Below are positions 56,284 to 60,442 of a stretch of 60,442 bases of DNA, one piece after another. The stretch is from the IMG/VR virus record IMGVR_UViG_3300035158_000136, positions 1-60,442 of that record; one strand, 5' to 3'. The position numbers and the translations under genes are program-made. How positions within the stretch are numbered: position 1 is the first letter of the stretch; the number at the start of each line of letters is the position of its first letter. The notes under the pieces are model-generated. The model was not told where the DNA came from and did no database searches. It worked only from the letters and a program-made list of their open reading frames with translations. This DNA comes from a virus. Its lineage: Duplodnaviria; Caudoviricetes.

Positions 56284-57813
56284 ATGAGTAGGCAGTGGTC
56301 CAAGTATCAACTAGGAGTGTTTGACTTCGTGGCCACTGGCTCCGGCAACGGCCTTGTTGAGGCCAAACCCGGCAGTGGTAAAACAACCGTAATTGAGGAG
56401 GCAATCAACCGTGTTCCCCAGGACAAGAGCGTCTTGGCCCTAGCGTTCAATCGTCACATCCGCGATGAGCTGAAGGACCGGATGGAGCATCTTGTCCACG
56501 TCACAGTGCATACGCTCAATAGCTTCGGCAACAGCGTGTGCAAACAGTTCCTTGGCTGGTACAAAGTCAATGAGAACAAACTCAGAAACATCTTGAAGTT
56601 TGACATCATGAAGCTCACCAGACAGAGCTACACGAAGGAAAACTTCAAGCGCTTCTGTCTGATTCAGGGATCAATGCTACGCATCATAGCGTTAGCGAAG
56701 GCACAAATGGTCTTCGAGATAGAAGACCTAGCGAGTAACTGGCAACAGATCGCTGACCAATTTGATGTTGAAATCCCTGACATCAATTTGAGTGTTTACG
56801 AGGGCGTCTTGCTTCAGCTATTCCAGCTTGACCAGCAAAAGACGAAGGTGATTGACTATGACGATCAAATTGCTATCCCCGTTCGTCGTGACCTTCCTGT
56901 GCCTAAGTTTGATTTTGTTTTTGTCGATGAGGCGCAGGATCTTACACCAGCGCAGATTGCACTCACGTCTAGAGCAATTGGTCCTGAGGGACGCGCTCTA
57001 TATGTTGGTGATCGTCGGCAAGCGATTTACCAGTTTCGCGGGGCGGATAGTCGTGCAATGGAGAATGTTCAAATGATGATGGATTGTCATTTGCTGCCGC
57101 TGAGTATCTGTTATCGGTGCTCGAAGGCAGTTGTGGCTGAGGCCGCACTCATTGTTCCCGACATCGAACCGTTTGAGAAATCGCCAGAAGGAGTTGTTGA
57201 CAACATTAAGGAAGATGAGTTCCGAGCACAGGCCGCGCCGGGAGACGTAGTTCTGTGTCGCACGACTGCTCCCGTAGTGCAGGAGTGTCTGAGGTTCATT
57301 CGCGAGGGTAGAAAGGCTATTGTTAAGGGTCGTGATATCGGGCACAATCTCGAAGAACTCGTTAAAACTATCTGCAAAGGATATGTGGATATGGGCGTCG
57401 AGGAATTTCGAGACTTGCTCCGAGCCTATCACGAAAAGGAAGTCGAGAAACTCAAGAGAAATGACCGCGAGGAAAAGCAGATCATTCTTGAGGATAAAAT
57501 CGACACAATCATGGCAGTCATGGAAGAATGCAACCGTGTTGTTGATATTTTCGACAAGTTTGCCGATATTTTCGGGGTTGAGTCAGACGACGCTATCAAC
57601 CTCATGACCATCCACAAAGCGAAAGGGCTAGAAGCCGATGAGGTTTTCATTCTTAGACCGGATCTTCTCCCGCACAAGCTCGCCAAGTCACCAGAGGCAC
57701 TCAGAGCCGAGGAGAACCTCAAGTATGTCGCAATCACCCGCGCCCAGACGAAGCTCCATTGGGTTAGCCCTGGTATGGCTGATCATCGGGGCGGCGTTAG
57801 TTCTCTCTGTTGA
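56284..57813 (+). CDS. UvrD/Rep-like SF1 helicase
   Basis: AKPGSGKT, VDEAQD, VGDRRQAIYQFRGA, YRC, TIHKAKGLE, YVAITRA. Confidence 0.92.
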   Translation: MSRQWSKYQLGVFDFVATGSGNGLVEAKPGSGKTTVIEEAINRVPQDKSVLALAFNRHIRDELKDRMEHLVHVTVHTLNSFGNSVCKQFLGWYKVNENKLRNILKFDIMKLTRQSYTKENFKRFCLIQGSMLRIIALAKAQMVFEIEDLASNWQQIADQFDVEIPDINLSVYEGVLLQLFQLDQQKTKVIDYDDQIAIPVRRDLPVPKFDFVFVDEAQDLTPAQIALTSRAIGPEGRALYVGDRRQAIYQFRGADSRAMENVQMMMDCHLLPLSICYRCSKAVVAEAALIVPDIEPFEKSPEGVVDNIKEDEFRAQAAPGDVVLCRTTAPVVQECLRFIREGRKAIVKGRDIGHNLEELVKTICKGYVDMGVEEFRDLLRAYHEKEVEKLKRNDREEKQIILEDKIDTIMAVMEECNRVVDIFDKFADIFGVESDDAINLMTIHKAKGLEADEVFILRPDLLPHKLAKSPEALRAEENLKYVAITRAQTKLHWVSPGMADHRGGVSSLC

Positions 57814-57987
57814 TCGCACTTGCTACTGTATCGAGTACATCAAGGACGAGAAAGTCAAGGTCGAGTGGCTCCGTCGGGAGAACTCGTTCCTCAAGGCTCA
57901 GTGCATCAGCATGAAGCGATTCATTGATTCTAAACTCAGGCCGCAGCGTCCTGGTCCTGGCACGTACCGCGATGGTAAGGTATTGAA

Positions 57988-58722
57988 ATGGGTCCATCCC
58001 TGCTAATCGTCTTGGCGACGTTAGGGCATCCTCCGGTTCATGTTCCAATACTCCCGATCCCATATCCTATTGAGTGTCGAAACAAGATCCGAGTGATTCC
58101 TCCGAATCGGGGAATCAACGCCCTGCCGAAGCGAACTTACATTAAGGTGCCGCCAAGGCCAAAATCCGATGTTGTTCCGTATTCGGTCTACATGCGGCCG
58201 AATCCGGTTATGATCCACAACCCATACGTCAAGAGGCAAGAATTTGAGAAGCTACTAAAATCAATTCCTGATCCACCGAGTCTTGATTCCTACCAACCCA
58301 AACCCGGTCAAACGTTCCTTGAGTCGTTATTTGAGGAGGAGAAGAAACCGATGCCCGAAATGTCAACCACTATCACGTTGATCCCGATCGCTGCCCACGC
58401 TTTCATCATTGAGGCGTGCAACGTCGAAGACAAGTCCAATGCCGTGGTCACGCTGCACCACGAGGAAGGTGGTGATCACTGGACCGTTGAGTTTCCACCC
58501 AAAAACAGTGTTGACCGGGAAGGCGTCAGCGTTGCGGTGACGTTCAAGTTCACGAAGAAGGAAGTCGATGATCTTCTGATCAAGAACGTACGAGACGCCT
58601 TGAAGGACGAGGGCGCTGGTGCCTCTGTGATCACGTACCAGTATGCACCGGAAGCGGGAGTACCGGAAAAGGAACACGAACTTGAGACAATCACAATCGA
58701 ACTCAAAGGCCGTGCTCGATGA
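57988..58722 (+). CDS. Hypothetical protein (Pro-rich N-terminus; a later start is possible)
   Basis: 244-aa ORF with an internal GAGGAG RBS before MPEM (~58351). Confidence 0.5.
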   Translation: MGPSLLIVLATLGHPPVHVPILPIPYPIECRNKIRVIPPNRGINALPKRTYIKVPPRPKSDVVPYSVYMRPNPVMIHNPYVKRQEFEKLLKSIPDPPSLDSYQPKPGQTFLESLFEEEKKPMPEMSTTITLIPIAAHAFIIEACNVEDKSNAVVTLHHEEGGDHWTVEFPPKNSVDREGVSVAVTFKFTKKEVDDLLIKNVRDALKDEGAGASVITYQYAPEAGVPEKEHELETITIELKGRAR

Positions 58723-59063
58723 GATTCATCCGTCTCCTCCTACGGTTTGCTGTTGCATGGTTCCGGTGGCGGTCCGCCGGAGCTGTGCGACGGCATTCCG
58801 AATTTGTGTGGTTCTTGTTCTATCGCTATTGCGACATTTGTGGGCACTATGATCCACGGTCCCGTGAATGCACATTGTGTGGATGTACTGTGAGTCCAAA
58901 CTCAGATGAGCGAAACAAACTCGTCTACGCGACCGAGCGATGTCCTGACTCCCAATTCCCCGCAAACGTGGAAGTCGATGCGAAAGGAAGACTTGTCGTA
59001 CTTGATCGCGAGATGTTGGAGGCACGCGAACAGGACGAGGATGGAAGCGGAGCAGAAGTATAG
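58719..59063 (+). CDS. Cys-rich hypothetical protein
   Basis: CDIC...ECTLCGC...K..YATERCP. Confidence 0.6.
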   Translation: MRFIRLLLRFAVAWFRWRSAGAVRRHSEFVWFLFYRYCDICGHYDPRSRECTLCGCTVSPNSDERNKLVYATERCPDSQFPANVEVDAKGRLVVLDREMLEAREQDEDGSGAEV

Positions 59064-59283
59064 GGACGACGTTGCAGCGGTCGAGCTGTATATTCAGCTT
59101 GAGGCCAAACTCACGGACGAGGAGAAAGAGTTGCTGAGCGATCATCTGAGCGACGAGTTTTGTGAGCTTGTTGTAGCTTACGACAACGGAAACTTGAAAC
59201 CGCCACAAGGCGATGTCGTTGATATGTTGCGTGTCACCGTGTTCCGTGCCGCAATCGAAGAACTCAGTACGAGGTATGTATGA
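59041..59283 (+). CDS. Hypothetical acidic protein
   Basis: Overlapping gene arrangement; GAGG upstream. Confidence 0.5.
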   Translation: MEAEQKYRDDVAAVELYIQLEAKLTDEEKELLSDHLSDEFCELVVAYDNGNLKPPQGDVVDMLRVTVFRAAIEELSTRYV

Positions 59284-59969
59284 AACGCCCATCACCGTTC
59301 CCGCAGCACGAACTCGGTTTCAGAACCGACAACAGGTGCCACCTGAGAGAAGAAATGGAACCAATCGACGCAAGAGCAAACCCGGACGGTTGGCCCACAC
59401 GACTCCAGTTCCCAATGTTGAAGGGACCGGCGGATATTCCGTGGCAAGTGGAACCCGGATACTCGGAATCCGCGCAGCGGCTTTGTACGGCTCACAGGGA
59501 ATTGGCCTACGCCGCAGCGTTTGCCAGAAACAACTTCAGCTACGCTCGGTATCTGGGTATCCACCTACCGCGTAAGAACCATCGTACTAAATCTTGGGCC
59601 AAGGTTATGACGAAGACTCGTCGAACCTTGGTAGCCGGTGGTCCGATGTCAGGTGCAATCCAGGTGCATCGTGAGTTTCTCATGTATCTGGGTGAGCTGC
59701 ACGTCCAGGTGACTCGCTGCCTTGAGAACCGTGTCAATCTGTACGGGACGTTTCTTGATCTTAGACTCACACGGCCAACCGAGCTTCGCGAGTACCTCGA
59801 CGGGAAAGATGTTCCTCAAACCAACGAAATCAACTGGTACAGTCAGTTCGATTGGGCACACTTGACATGGGAGGCACCAAACTCAGTTCTTATCAACAAG
59901 TGGTCACGTCAGGAAGACGAACAGATCAATCGTTATCACGTGGAGCTTGGAATTCATGGCAAGAGCTAA
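59280..59969 (+). CDS. Hypothetical protein
   Basis: GAGG RBS, ATGA overlap, 229 aa. Confidence 0.6.
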   Translation: MKRPSPFPQHELGFRTDNRCHLREEMEPIDARANPDGWPTRLQFPMLKGPADIPWQVEPGYSESAQRLCTAHRELAYAAAFARNNFSYARYLGIHLPRKNHRTKSWAKVMTKTRRTLVAGGPMSGAIQVHREFLMYLGELHVQVTRCLENRVNLYGTFLDLRLTRPTELREYLDGKDVPQTNEINWYSQFDWAHLTWEAPNSVLINKWSRQEDEQINRYHVELGIHGKS

Positions 59970-60237
59970 GTACATCTACTTCATTCGAGACGTCAAACAA
60001 CACCTTGTTGGAGCCTTCACGTTCAAACACGAAGCGCATCGCTGGATGATCAAAACCGGACGAACATTCAGTCATTTTGAACTCAGTCGTATGAAGGATG
60101 GTGTTCAAGACAAGGAAGAAGAGGTCATCCTTTGGGATGAAGGTTACGTAAAACAACAAAACGAGGCCGTTGACCATGTTTTCACCAACGGCCAATTCCT
60201 ACTGGAGCCGAAAGATGGGACTCCCGACGGACATTAG
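59956..60237 (+). CDS. Hypothetical protein
   Basis: MARAKYIY...VGAFTFKHE; GGAG RBS. Confidence 0.6.
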   Translation: MARAKYIYFIRDVKQHLVGAFTFKHEAHRWMIKTGRTFSHFELSRMKDGVQDKEEEVILWDEGYVKQQNEAVDHVFTNGQFLLEPKDGTPDGH

Positions 60238-60442
60238 TGCTCAGGCACCGCCGGACTCAAAATCAAAGCTACCAAATGGGGTAGCAATCGCGATCGGTCA
60301 CACTTGCAAAAGTGTTACGGATAGTATCGAACACGACGGCAAGCAAACCGATTTCACGATCCACGAAGCCGTGATGAAGGCGCTTGATGCAGGTTACAAG
60401 GCGACGGAGATCGACATAGCTGCGAAAACGCAGGTTGGGTAT

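Noticed and set aside
1-60442. Integrated prophage / att sites
   Set aside because: No integrase, repressor-cro pair or flanking host genes are visible; the only bacterial-type sequence is the internal sulfatase fragment.

Overview
This window is most or all of the genome of a long-tailed dsDNA phage (siphovirus-like, Caudoviricetes). Positions ~3.6-33.4 kb (+) hold packaging and virion genes: TerS-like protein, lambda GpA-type TerL, portal, scaffold, P22-coat-like capsid, head-tail joining proteins, tail tube, tail chaperone with a canonical -1 frameshift, tape measure, three paralogous lectin-like proteins and the tail tip. Positions 33.4-37.3 kb (-) hold a DEDDh exonuclease, a dNMP kinase and a primase-helicase. 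Positions 37.9-52.3 kb (+) hold ParB, SSB-like, SNF2, metallophosphoesterase, a second ParB, tRNA-like RNAs, PolA, tandem VRR-NUC, NDK, NYN and sulfotransferase genes. Positions 52.4-60.4 kb (+) are early-type genes behind a consensus sigma70 promoter, including a sigma-like factor and a UvrD helicase. I found no integrase, ParA or classical endolysin. A Planctomycetota-like host is only an inference, from a captured sulfatase fragment and the exported-protein cassette. The most unusual signals are: (1) three ParB/HTH paralogues, two of them behind homologous control regions with triple palindromic repeats; (2) a 14-bp palindrome TGAK-N6-MTCA scattered about 38 times; (3) an N-terminal leader shared by scaffold, capsid and tail tube; (4) a tRNA array in which two members lack an anticodon loop; (5) a Tat-protease/thioredoxin cassette where lysis genes might be expected; (6) phage-specific promoters with -35 GCAACA. 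All calls come from reading motifs by eye; no database searches were run.
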